A stretch of 64,000 nucleotides of DNA from the human T2T-CHM13v2.0 reference genome, Homo sapiens, in NCBI RefSeq assembly GCF_009914755.1, contig NC_060941.1; one strand, 5' to 3'. Under the pieces are notes generated by a model, which saw only the letters and a list, made by a program, of their open reading frames with translations, was not told the DNA's origin and ran no database searches. Made by a program: the position numbers and the translations under genes. Numbering within the stretch: position 1 is the stretch's first letter; the number at the start of each line of letters is the position of its first letter. This document shows positions 35,182 through 48,770 of the stretch, one piece after another.

Positions 35182-36129
35182 CTTAGTGCCTTTTATGCCT
35201 CTCTCTTCCCAGCAGAAGAGCAGAGGCCAGGGCTGGGCTCACAAGCTGGGCAGTGCCAGGCAAGATGGGCATATGCCCTTGATTACTACCAGGACCGCAG
35301 GCCAAGCCTCCACAGCCTCCACGGCCTCATAAATCAGTTTTTAAGTAGCAACCACATGGACATTTCCCAGCCGAGAGGCCTGGCCTCTGTTGGTGCAGCT
35401 AGGGCAGCCCTGGTGGAGGGGCAGGTGCCAGGCCAGGGCACCAAAGAGAGAGGGGTGGTCATTGAGGTTTGGCGGGAAGTGAGGCTGGAGCTTCTTCAAG
35501 TAAAACCTGGGGCAGGGGCTCCTGCCAATAGAGACTAGGTAAGAAAGTGGCAAGTGGCTGGCAGTGGGTCCAGGACTCCCTGCTGGGTCCCCCAGACCCT
35601 GTGCTGGATTTCCCCGGTGAAGCTGCTTACAGAGGAGGGGGAGCGTGTTGCTACTGGAACTCCTTCCCTCCAGCTCCCACCCCTCTATAAGAACAAAGAG
35701 TCAGGGTGAGTGTGAGGGCAATGTGTGCGCCTATGCACTTGGGTATCCGAATGTGCGCACCAGGCCTTGAGGGGCAGGAAGGTGTTTCCTGATACCCAGC
35801 CCAGGCCTGGCACAGACAGGGCACCCAATAAAGTTGCTTGAATGAATAAGTGATGGAGTGGGAAAGGGGCCAGTTATGCAGACTTGCGTGCGTTCACAGG
35901 AATTGGAGATTTCTATCCGAGTGTGTCCTGACTGGAGTCTGTGTGTATGTGTGTATGTGGGGGTGTCTGTGGGTGCTCTGGTATGTGGGAGGGGGTGGGG
36001 AAGCAGGAGGTGAGGGAGCTGGCGAAGGGGATCTATTTCAGCCAACGTCCCTCCACATCCTCCCTTTCAGGACGTCTTCCCTACACAGCCCTCCCCAGAG
36101 CCACGATTCTCCCCTTCTAAGAATCCATC

Positions 36130-36560
36130 AGTGGGGCGGCAGCTCCCGCGCCCCCACCCCCTGCCCCTGCTGGATCCCGCGGTTGACGCCCTCCTCTCCT
36201 CCTCCCCGCACTGGCCGCGTAGGTGGCCTCGGGTGCGGAGGTCCCGGCCTGGCGCAATCAGTTGCAGAGCGGATGGGGCGGGGGCGCCCAGCCTTCTTGC
36301 GCGCGGTGTCTCCTCCCTGGGTGAACAGATGTCTCGGAATTTTAGATGTGCTCTCCGCCCCTCCTCGCAATAACTCCCCCCACCACCCCCGCAGCTGGCA
36401 CCGGCTGTGGCGTGGCGCCCTCCTCCTCCCCCAACTCCCAATAGCAAAACCGGGTGATGGATCCGGGAGCACGGCTGGAGGCTTGGGCCAGGAGGCCCGG
36501 GAGGCCCGCGGCGTGGCAGTGGCGGCTCCCAGCGCGGAGGGAACCATTGGGCGCTGTTCG
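36130..36560. promoter_or_regulatory. CpG-rich island downstream of NEUROD2
   Basis: High CpG density, non-repetitive. Confidence 0.65.
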
Positions 36561-38299
36561 GACCTCTTCCCTTGTGTCCTTCCTTCCCTTCTCCCGCATC
36601 CACTCACTCCCATCTCTCCACTGTCTATGTCCTTCTCGACCTCTGCCCCACCCTACAGCCCATCCCAGCCACCGCGTCTACGAAGATCCTCTACACGGAC
36701 CCTCACACTTCACGACAGAAACTCCTCCTGGCAACTTTGGAGGAATTCTTTCCTCTAGAGACCCCTTTTCCTGCATTCCTGAGCCGCCCCCCATCACCAT
36801 CAACTGGCTGCCTGCCCTCAGTAGAAACCCCGAGTTAATCCGGAAAACGTGGGGGGAGGACGGGAGGGGAGTAGGGATTGAGATTAGGGAGGTGGAGAAG
36901 ACCGGGTTGGCCCTGGCTGAGAGACACCCAAATTTTCTAATCACTGCTAATTAATGAATAATCCAATTCCACGGACCCCCAACTCAGGGAAGGGGGCGGG
37001 ACCCACAGCGGGCAGGAGGGGGCCTTGGCAGGGCTTCGCAGTCGGGGTGGTGCCAGGAGCCCTCCCCCCCACCCGCCAGCATTCCGAGGTAACAGGCATT
37101 TGTTACCCAGCTCGTGCCAGGAGCGATTGGCAGGTTCGAGCAGCACAGTCATTCCGCACACAGATGTCCCTGCGTTCACTCTTCTGATATGAATTCTGTC
37201 AGCTCCGAATCCGAGAGAGACAAGCAGACAGCTACACAGACAGAGTCACAGACAGACACAGACACAGATAGAGCAATTGTCTGGAAGACGCAGAACTCTA
37301 CAGATATTTTTCTTCCCTGAAAACATATTTTAAAAAAGAAAGAAAAATAAGAAAAGCTCCCATTAATTTGGGGGGACAGTCCCCGTGCCCCCGATGAATG
37401 CCCCCCTTCCTCTCCTCCTTGTGTTACCTGCCCAGACATTTCAGCGGCCCCAAGGGCCCCACAACATCATCACGGAGCTTCAAAGTTAAGTGGTGGCAGA
37501 GAGAAACTCTAAAGTCCGCGAGATCTGTCCCCTCACGCAGGACCCTTTTGTAGTTCTAGAAATCCAGTATCCCTGAGAGTTCTAGAACACCACCAAGGTG
37601 CAAGTTCCAGCATTCTAGAACCTCTGAAATTCAAAATTCCAGAACTCCCATGAATTGCAAATCGTGCTGAGTGCCCAGTTCTTATATTGCCCTCTTCGTG
37701 GGTGCGCGGGAAGTGGATGCTGTCCGGTGCCCCGAGCGGTTCGCACTGCATGCCTGGTCCTCACCGGCTGCCTCCAGAACCTTGGCCACCAGCCAAAAGT
37801 GCAGCCTGCCCTTTGATTTAGGAACACAGAAAGGTCAAGTCTCCCTGGCTACTGTCCCTTTCTGACGTTGCCTTCCAGAGCGGACCCCATTCCTGCTCCT
37901 GTCCCACCCTGGCCCTCCACGCCTGACCTGGCTGTCCTGCCTCTGCCCCTGCCAGCGGCTGTGGGAGTGAGCTGGTTGGTCACTGGGCATCTGTGAGCTG
38001 GCTGGGCATGAACAGCCCTGGGGTTTGGTTCTCCCTGGTCATCCCTACTTAGTGGACGAAGAAAAAGGGGGCAAAGAAACTGGTCACGACAGAGGAGGGG
38101 GCACAGAGGGGTTTGGGCTGTGGTTTGTGGGGTTGTGTTTTTTAATCTTTCCTACTTTCTTTTTTTAAAAGAAAAAGCCCCCATCCTGTGTCATCATTTT
38201 TATGGGATCTGCAATTCTGGCAAAAATCTGTCTTTAATTTAGCTGTCCATATAAAAATCCTCACTGTATAATAATGAACAGATGCCATGGAATTTAAGC

Positions 38300-39560
38300 T
38301 GGAGCCTCGGCTCCTCCCCGCCTTCCCCCCGCGCCTGGCACCGGGCACCGGGCACCGGCTGAGTGGCACAGACTGGCACCAACGCGCGAGGGTGGGCAGG
38401 GGGCGACCTGGGCTCAGCGCCAGGGCTCTGGGGTGGTGAAGGGGCGTCCGGGCGCTGGGGTTGGCCAGGAGGGAGCTTTTCCGTGGTGGTACCAGGGAGA
38501 AGTGTCTGCGGGATTTTTCTGTCTTTTTCTACAAGATTATCAGTAGTTAAGGATTTTGGTTTGGTTTTGCTTTGGCTCTTTGTGGTTCTTCCGATATATT
38601 TTTTAAAGCACCGCCCTCCATTCCATATAAACCCAAATGTTTTTGATATTTTAATTGAGTTGTTTTTAACCCTCCCCCTGCGCCGCGCCCCAGCCTCGGC
38701 CTGGGAGCCCGGCCGAGCGCGAGTTCGCTGCAAGCGGGATCCGCTCTGAGCCCGGCCGGCCGGCAGCCTCCGCGGTATTCCCGGCGCGGGCCCCTCCAGG
38801 GGCTCCCCTGCGGCTCCTGGGGGCAGGGGTACCCTGCTGCCCTCCAAGACTGAGGCTGGATGTGGCATCTGATTGGGAAGTGGGAGAGATGAAGGGAAGA
38901 GAGAAAGCCCCAGTGCCCTCACTCCCATTCTCGGGCTGTTCCCAAGGGAGAAGGAAAAAACTATGTGAGTCCGTTGTGCCCTCCTGCCTCCGCCTGCGGT
39001 CAAGAAAGGGGGCACCGGCTCAGGCTTGAGGGGTTGGTTCTGAGCCCCCCACCCCCACCCCTCGCTTTTAATGCGACTCTGGCGAGAACAGATGTCCCAA
39101 ACCGGGCGAACTGCCCAGACCCCGCCCAGCTGTGCCCTTGGTGAAGACTTGGCTAAGAGTAGGAACTGGCATGCAGGTCCCCAAAGGGGTTCGGGGGTTC
39201 CCGCGACCCCTGTGGGACCTGACCTAGCAGCCTTGGCCTCCTGGCCAGCTCAGCCTCAGGCGGGAGGCGGAAGAGACCCGGAAAGACCCGTTCCTAATTC
39301 AATTAATTCCGAAAAGAGGAATGAGACGCAGACAGATACTGACAGAAGCTGGGAGAGAGGTTTAAATACCCGAACACCAGACACACACTCTGGTATGGAA
39401 CTCCGCAGCCCCTGTCAGCGCGGGGAGACCTCGCTGCGCTCCCGCGCTGGAGAGGGCAGGAGAGTTGGCTGCGCTAGAGCCATACCCTGGCTCACATCTG
39501 GGCAGCGTCTCCACCCAACGCTGTGCCCCAGCTCCCTGGGCATGGCCGGCGCCTAGAGGT
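38300..39560. promoter_or_regulatory. CpG-rich island downstream of NEUROD2 with AT-rich inserts
   Basis: CpG clusters at 38300-38510, 38670-38830 and 39070-39560. Confidence 0.65.
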
Positions 39561-42500
39561 TCCCTCTTCTCCTCCCCTCGGAGCGCCCCAGCTTCCCTTC
39601 CCTGCCCTAGGGAACTAAGGTGACTCCGCTCCTCGCATCTCCCTCCTGAAATCCGTTGCCCTCCTTCCTGTGAACCCAGCCCCGGTCTTGGCCTTCTTCT
39701 CACGTCCACACTCCCAGGGCTGGCGCCCCTGTCCCAGTGCTTTAGGTTGGAGAAAGTTTCCAGAGCAGAACAGCCCTCCCAAGGCAGCTGCGCCCTTTCT
39801 TACCACTTCTCACCCAGGGAAACTTTGTCGAGAATTTTTAAAGCTGCAGGACAGAAAGGCAGAAGCTGCTTCAGGATTCAGAACCGGGGCAGGGTTTTAA
39901 GGTTTCTCACAGTTCAGGTGTCATTTCTGCTCTGGCCCCGTGGCCAGCGCCTGGGTATCCCAGCCCTGAAGGATGGAAAAATGACAGTGTCTTGGGCTGT
40001 GAGTTGGGGAGCCTGTTCTGACAGCAGAGGCCCATCTGCCCCTCCCACTTTTCGCAAAAAGCAGCATCCTCCTTTGAGCACACTGGAGCAGGTCAGATGC
40101 AGTCCCTCCGCGCTGCCCCTCTGTTGTCATGGAGGGGTTGGGAGGGTAGGTCAGGCTAAAGCTGCTCAGTCCTGGCGTCTGCCTTCTCTTTCTCCTCAGG
40201 TGCCTTAAGGACTAAACTGCAGAATCTAGAACCATACCTTAGTCTCAATCCCCCCTCAAATCAATGGCTCTCCTCAGAGCAGATGAATTCCTGTCAATGA
40301 TTCTGGGGAAGAGGAGGAAGCAAAGGTTGCCAAGAGAGAACGAAATCTCTGACCTCTGCCCAGAAATTCTTGTATCCACCAGCTTGTGGACTTTCCCATG
40401 AAAGGGAAAAAGAGAAGCAGGCACAGCCCCGTGGAGCTTCCAGAGTATCAGGGTTTTCCTGCCACTGATCCTCCTGGGGGTCGGTGTCCCGCAGTGATTT
40501 ATCGGGCTGTCTCCCCGAGTCACAAAATCAGGGCTGGGGGTTCACTGGGGGTCCATAGCTCACTGTCCGAGTCATGGCTGGAACGCAGCTCAACAATGAA
40601 GGGACAGGAATGGAGCTCAACAGTGAAGGGACAGGGAGTAACTGCTTTCCTTCCCTTTCCCGCCAGATGGGCAAATGGCCTGGACTCGGAGATACCTCTT
40701 TTTCTCTGTCATCTTCCAAATGCTGGACTTGGAATGGGGTCTGGAAAATCAAGAGGAAGATGTCCTCCTGATTGAACTTGGATCCAGCCGTCGGGTTCAG
40801 CGGCCCAGGGGTTGAGCTGAGCCGGCTGGTGGACGCTTGGAGAGCCTGCCGCTGAGGCTAGGGCAAGAAGGGCGTCCTCTCTGTGCCTTCTCCCCAGGCC
40901 AGGCACAGCGCTGGCCCCTTTCCTCCTCCCTCCCCTGCTTCTGTTCTTGGAGCATCTCTGGGTGTGTGTGCGCAGGCGGGAGAGCAAGCAAGAGAAAGAG
41001 ACCTGCGAGGGGACGTTTGGGGCCGCTTGTCCGCGCACATCTTCTTCTCCTGCTCATCACACCATCTCGCCAGGGAAGTTGAGCACTGGGGAGGAGGGTG
41101 ATGAGAGGCTAGAGCCAGCCAGAGTGCAGGGAATGTGGGGGGAAGGGTCAGAAATCGGGAAAGGGGCGACTGGTGTGGATGCCGGGATTCACCAGAAGCT
41201 GAGTCACTCGGGGGGATTTCTGTCCCAAAAGGGACCTGTGCACCCCCACCCAATGTGATCACAGCTCACAGAGGCCCAAAAGTCATCAGCATCTTTCTAA
41301 AAGGGCTGGAATCTGGCTTCAAAAACAGAATTGAGCCACGTAGGGTAGCTGAAGAACAATGCATAGAAAGAAGTCTGTGGTCTGGCCAGGAGAGCCACAT
41401 GGAGGGGTCCTTTGCTTCAGGCCCCAAGCCACCTGGATCCCGCCCAGCTCTGGACTTCTGAGCGGGTTCTAGGAAACTGACTGAGTAGGGGAGAAGCCCA
41501 ATTAACCTTGTTCTCAGGGCAGGATAAGAATCAGGCCTCGGGATAAGTGCCAAGTTCCTTTTCTCTGCAATTGCCCCTGCCAGGCCTTGCTCCACGCCAT
41601 GAGTGCAGATCAGACTTTTGCAGGTTAGGATCTGGGGTATGTGCCTTGCTCTACACTCCCTGCAATAAGTGAGGGGGAAGGAAGATGGGCCAACTCCTTT
41701 CTTCCATGAATAGGAGTGATTCAGAGGTTTCTAAGATGCTGAAGACAGGGACACATCCGGGGGATGAAGGCCCTAGTCTGTGATCTCACTCTAGAGAGGC
41801 GATGCCGGGAGAATTCCAGAGAAGGCAGTGAAATTTTGAAAGAATGCTGGTAAATGTTCTGAAAACTGCTGGAGAATTCCAGTGCAGCATTGGAAAGGGC
41901 CTCCTGCTCCATGTTCCCCTGGGTCAGGCAAATGGACCTCCCTCTGCAGCCAGAAGAAAAGACACTAGACGAGGGTCAGCATGCCACAGTGGACAGCTCC
42001 TGGCCTTGGCGCCTCTGCCGACAGCTGTCCTGACCACCGGGAGGGTATTCTTTCTACTGGGGGACAGAAGAGGTTTGAGGACAGACATTTAGGGGATGCA
42101 ATGAGCTCAAGTTCAGAGTATAATTTGATCCACCCTTCAATATATAGGACTTCCTTCTTCAACAATCTTTCCCTTTCCTGCTTGTCAGGGAGATATTATT
42201 TTGGGTTCTTGGACCCAATCTTTAAAAGCCTTTGCATGCCTGACCTTAATCCTCAACCCCAACACTACAAACCCCACTTCAGCCCTAAAATGAGTCACAG
42301 TGTTTGGAGAAATCATTTAAATGAGCAGCATCAGAAACAGCCTCTTTGGGGGACTCCTAAATGTGTTCAGGCTTTAGGATGGGAGTCTTTGGGGCTCAGA
42401 ACCCTCTTCAAATATTCTAGGGCTACAGCATGCACTGAGGGCTGAGCAGGGGGAGTAGGAGGGACTCTATCAGGGAAGTCAGTTAAGAGCTGCCCCTGCC

Positions 42501-43341
42501 TCTCAGGTTCAGAGAAAAAAGAATTGTGAGGCCACATTGTCTGAGCAGGAGATGCTCACCCAGTGCCCTTCCTCCCTTCTAAGCCCTTAGGGTTCCCTCT
42601 GTTCAGAACTGTACCAGACAGGAAGAAATCAGCCCAGATTTGGACTGGGTGGGCGCCTGCTGCCCTGTCCCAGGGAGTACATGGTTAGGCTCCTCTCTAC
42701 TGGGTGGGCGCCCAGACTCAGCCACCTCACAGACCTCTAGGGGTGTTCCTCCAACCTTGTCCACACCCCTAAACATGTCAACATTCCTGAGACCAAAATG
42801 GCCGATTCCCCTGAGTCCACCGAAATACAATTTTAAGATGAAAAAGGGGCCTCCCTCATTAATATTTCATCTTCATGACCTTATAATGTTTTGTTTTGTT
42901 TTGTTTTGTTTTGTTTAAAAATACCCCTGTCTGATTCAAATGGTTGTCTCTTTGTCTCTGCCCACTTGCTTTTTGCAACAGTGGGCAGAGAGTTGTAAAA
43001 TGACTGGCTGTTCCCAACTTGATCATTTTTCAGTGATGAAAAGGTATTTTGTTTTCAAGGGAGGTGCCTGTGCATGTTCAGGAATGAAGAAGTGTAAGGA
43101 TATCAGTGCTTTAGTGCTGGGAAGGTGCGAGCCTGGGTTGGGTCTGGGAGGGGTAGCTAGTATAGCCCAGTGGGTGTATGGGGGGTGGTTAGGGAGAGAA
43201 TACTACCCAAGAATGTCCAGGGTCCCTCTGTTTGGCCTCTGCACAGTCACTTGACACTCTGCCTTCATCACCCCAGCCCCAGCTCAAACCTTCTCTCCCC
43301 CCTCAATGAAATGAGGCCACCGTGAGAAACCGGTCCGGCTT

Positions 43342-44317
43342 TGCATCTCATTTACATAAATATTTATTAATCGTCATTAAACTGAACAGAAACACGCAAT
43401 GCACTTCGGGTGTCCGACGGGAGTTTCATCTTCGCTACAAGAGGAAGGTAAAATTGCGTGTGTGTGGGTGAGTGTGTGGGTGTGTCGCCTGTGGGATTGC
43501 ATTTTTGCATCGTGTATTTGGATGCCTGATCCCCTGCCTCCGGTGGGCAGAGGGTCTCCTTTTGCCCCTTTTTGGGGGAACCTCCAGTAGGAGCCCTCAG
43601 ACCTCTCCCCGCCCACCCACCAGCTAAAGCCAAGAGGACTCCTTGGACCAAAAAATACTCTCTCCAGACACCGGAAATCGCCAGGTGGCACCCACCGAGG
43701 CACAGTCCGGGCAGGGGTGGGGCTGCCCCCAGGTCTCCATCCCCACCCCTCACCCCAGGAGGGGACAGAATGGCCGCGGGGAGGAGGAGCCGGCGAGCTC
43801 ACCTCCTTCTGCCCCCCGGACGCCGGCGCCGGGCCTGCTTGTGCGTGCGGTGTGGTGTGCGTGTGTCTTTCATGCAAACCCTCCCTCCCCAAACCGACCC
43901 CCCAACAGTTTGCCATTCCATACAAATTTGGAAACAGGTTTTTAAAAAACAGCATGACGCACAACGGGGACGGGGCGGGGGAGGGCAGTGGCACTGGGGC
44001 CCCAAATCTCCGAGTCACTGATTGTAAGAACCTGGGGAGGGGGAGGGGGCGGCGCGGGCCCCCACTTCACCAAAGTGCACAGATCCGCGCTCGGGCGGGG
44101 CGGCCCGCAGGCCGGGCGGGGCATCCCGGGGCCGGGCCGGGCCGCGAGGCTCAGTGGAGCCTCCTTGCATAGATATTTGTGTCTTTGATTATTGGTAGTA
44201 GTGGTTTTTTTTTGTTTGTTTTTTTGTTTTTTGTTTTTTTTGCCTTTTATTGCTTCTAAAAGTCCTTACTGCGTTTTCTCTCCGATCCGGACTCTGCGTT
44301 CGGCTTCCGTCGCCTCT

Positions 44318-44360
<43 letters not shown>

Positions 44361-45014
44361 TATGTTTGTTTGTTTAAAAAAAGGAAAAGGGAAAAACGGA
44401 TTCTAGTTACAAATTGTCTTGGCCTCTCTCTTTCCTCTCAATCCACTTCCCCTCCCGCCAAAATTAAAATCGCAAAACGCGGAGACTGGAGGTTGCGGGT
44501 GAGGGCGTTCCAGGCCCGGGCTCCGGCGCCCTAACTTCTACCCTCTTCAAGAAAGAGGGAGCGCCTGGCTCCTTTTTGCCTCGGCAGCTGGGTGTCTGTT
44601 TTTAAAATAATAATGAGAGGGGGAAACGCGTTCCATTGCTCAGCTGCCCCCTTACCAACGCCTTGGGCCTGCAGGGAGGAGGGGGAGGAGGAAACCTCAG
44701 CGAAGATATTGGGAATGGGGGAGGGGTGCCTCCAGGGAGCCCCCGGAGAGAGGTCCCTGGAGAAGCACTCCTTGGGAGAGAGGAGGAGGGAACCCCTTGG
44801 GGAGAGAGAAGGCGAGTCCCCTGGGGGAAGCGAGGCCCCTGGGACAGGCCACCCACAGGTAACAGGACTGCGCTGCCCCAGGAGAGCGGCAGGACCGGTG
44901 GCCCGCTCCCCGCGCCCGGCGCCGGGGTAGGATGGGGGTGTCCCTGCGCTCTGGGGGCTGGGGACAGGGGGGCGGGCAAAGGCAAAAGAAAAAGAAGGGA
45001 GCCGGCGCGAAGTC
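43342..45014 (-). other. NEUROD2: NEUROD2 3' UTR (end approximate)
   Basis: Runs from the stop codon to a minus-strand AATAAA at 43368-43363; no interspersed repeats seen. Confidence 0.8.
43363..43368 (-). terminator. Distal polyadenylation signal AATAAA of NEUROD2
   Basis: TTTATT on the + strand in an AT-rich context; implies a ~3 kb mRNA. Confidence 0.8.
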
Positions 45015-47291
<2,277 letters not shown>

Positions 47292-47495
47292 CTCGGAGAG
47301 GAGTCAAGGGGAGAGGGGAGGGGAGGGGGGGAGGGGGCAAGAGAGAGAGGGGGGAGAAGAGGGATCTTCTCGCTTATTTCATTGTTCCCCCATCTTCAGG
47401 GAGCGGGGGCAGCGGCTCCTCAAGGCGGCGGGCGCCGGCGTCTTCAGAGCGCCATGCGAACCGCGGAGCGAGTGTGGCATCTCTACCAGGCGGGG
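47292..47495 (-). other. NEUROD2: NEUROD2 non-coding exon 1 (5' UTR); TSS approximate
   Basis: Consensus donor CCGAG|GTAAGT on the minus strand with GT at 47291-47290. It lies in the CpG island with promoter motifs immediately upstream. The 5' boundary is inferred. Confidence 0.85.
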
Positions 47496-47665
47496 TACCA
47501 GCCTCTATGCCAGGCCATATGGGCTTGGCACGTCACGGGCAGCAGCTATCACATGAGAGACGGTGATTGGCATGCGTCTGCACTGGGGGAGAGCCGGCTC
47601 CCCCGGGACCCGCCGCCATCTGTCACTCTCTACTCCAAAAAAAAAAAAAAAAAATTAAATAAATA
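47496..47665 (-). promoter_or_regulatory. NEUROD2 proximal promoter
   Basis: E-boxes CATATG 47516-47521, CACATG 47550-47555 and CATCTG 47617-47622; CRE-like CACGTCA 47529-47535; minus-strand CCAAT 47570-47566; poly(dA) tract ~47637-47662. Confidence 0.75.
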
Positions 47666-48702
47666 AAGGAAATAAATAAATATTTCTGCCGCCCTCCCCT
47701 CCCCGCCCAACGCAGGGAAAGCAGGGATTGAGAGGAAGGTGGGAGGAGTTGCCCCCTGTATATAGAGACCCCCTCACGGGAACAATGGGGTGGCAAGGCT
47801 GGACACTGGGGGCTCGTGGTGGCCAATTCTATGCTCCCTCAGGGTCCCGCTCTGTCCATTTCCTCCCCTGCAGGCCCCCAAGGTGGGTCAGGGACCAGAC
47901 CCCGGGTTGGGGAGAAAGGACCTCTGTGCTTGCCCCCACTCCCCAGGAGGGTCCCCTTGGCCACAAAGGGACAGCTGAGACCCCCTCCCAGGATGGCTGT
48001 AAGGGGCGTCCCTGGCCCGAGCCCCATAGGTAGATGTTGGCACCATGCCATCCCTCATCCCTGTCTGCCCCTCCCCCACCCACCCTCACGCACACACAAC
48101 ATATGTGGCTAAACGAAATTCAAACCAAGGGAAAGACAGAGAAAGGGAAAGATGTGCCTGGATGTCTGTGCCTCTGCATGGGCGTGTGTGTGTCTGTGGG
48201 GACATGTGTGTATCTGTGGAGTCAGCCGATGGGAGATCTTTCCTTGGTTGTTGGGGGCGTATCCATGTTAGGGTGGAGTGGGGAGGGGCCGCGAGATGAG
48301 CCTGTGCACCACCCATCTGGGGGTGGAGGGGAGGGTCTAAGTCTGGATTCCTAACCTAGAAACCTCTCACTCTCCTCCTCCCACTGCCAGACAGGTGACC
48401 AGTCCACCAGCGGCTTTCTCTCCTGGTCTTCAGACTTGGTTATTTGAGGGAGGAGGAGCAGGCAGTGCTGAGAACTGCCTAAGTTCCTGGATGAGACTCA
48501 AGCATTCTCCTCCCCTTCTGAAAAATCTGAAAATACTGAAGCCAACCCCAGTAATCCCAAGAGTGGCCAAGGGGAGGTAGGTCAGACAGCTGTCTTGATA
48601 AGGGAGGTAGGAAGTTGCTGTTTTATCTTGTGGCTCACCTTTCAACACTCTCATTGGGCCAGACACAGATACAAATGGCACAGGTTGAAGAGGTGGCTTT
48701 GG

Positions 48703-48770
48703 ACACACACACACACACTCATGCACACACACATACACACACACACGGATGCATACACATGCACACATAT
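48703..48770. repeat. Interrupted (CA)n microsatellite
   Basis: ACACACACACACACTCATGCACACACACATACACACAC... Confidence 0.85.

Noticed and set aside
35850-36758. 302-aa ORF (similarly 57045-58046 and 62793-63662)
   Set aside because: No recognisable domain, low complexity and no supporting exon structure; consistent with stop-poor GC-rich DNA.
37718-37733. RE1 half-sites GCACC-GGACAGC on the minus strand
   Set aside because: Zero spacer and an incomplete left half; unlikely to bind REST.
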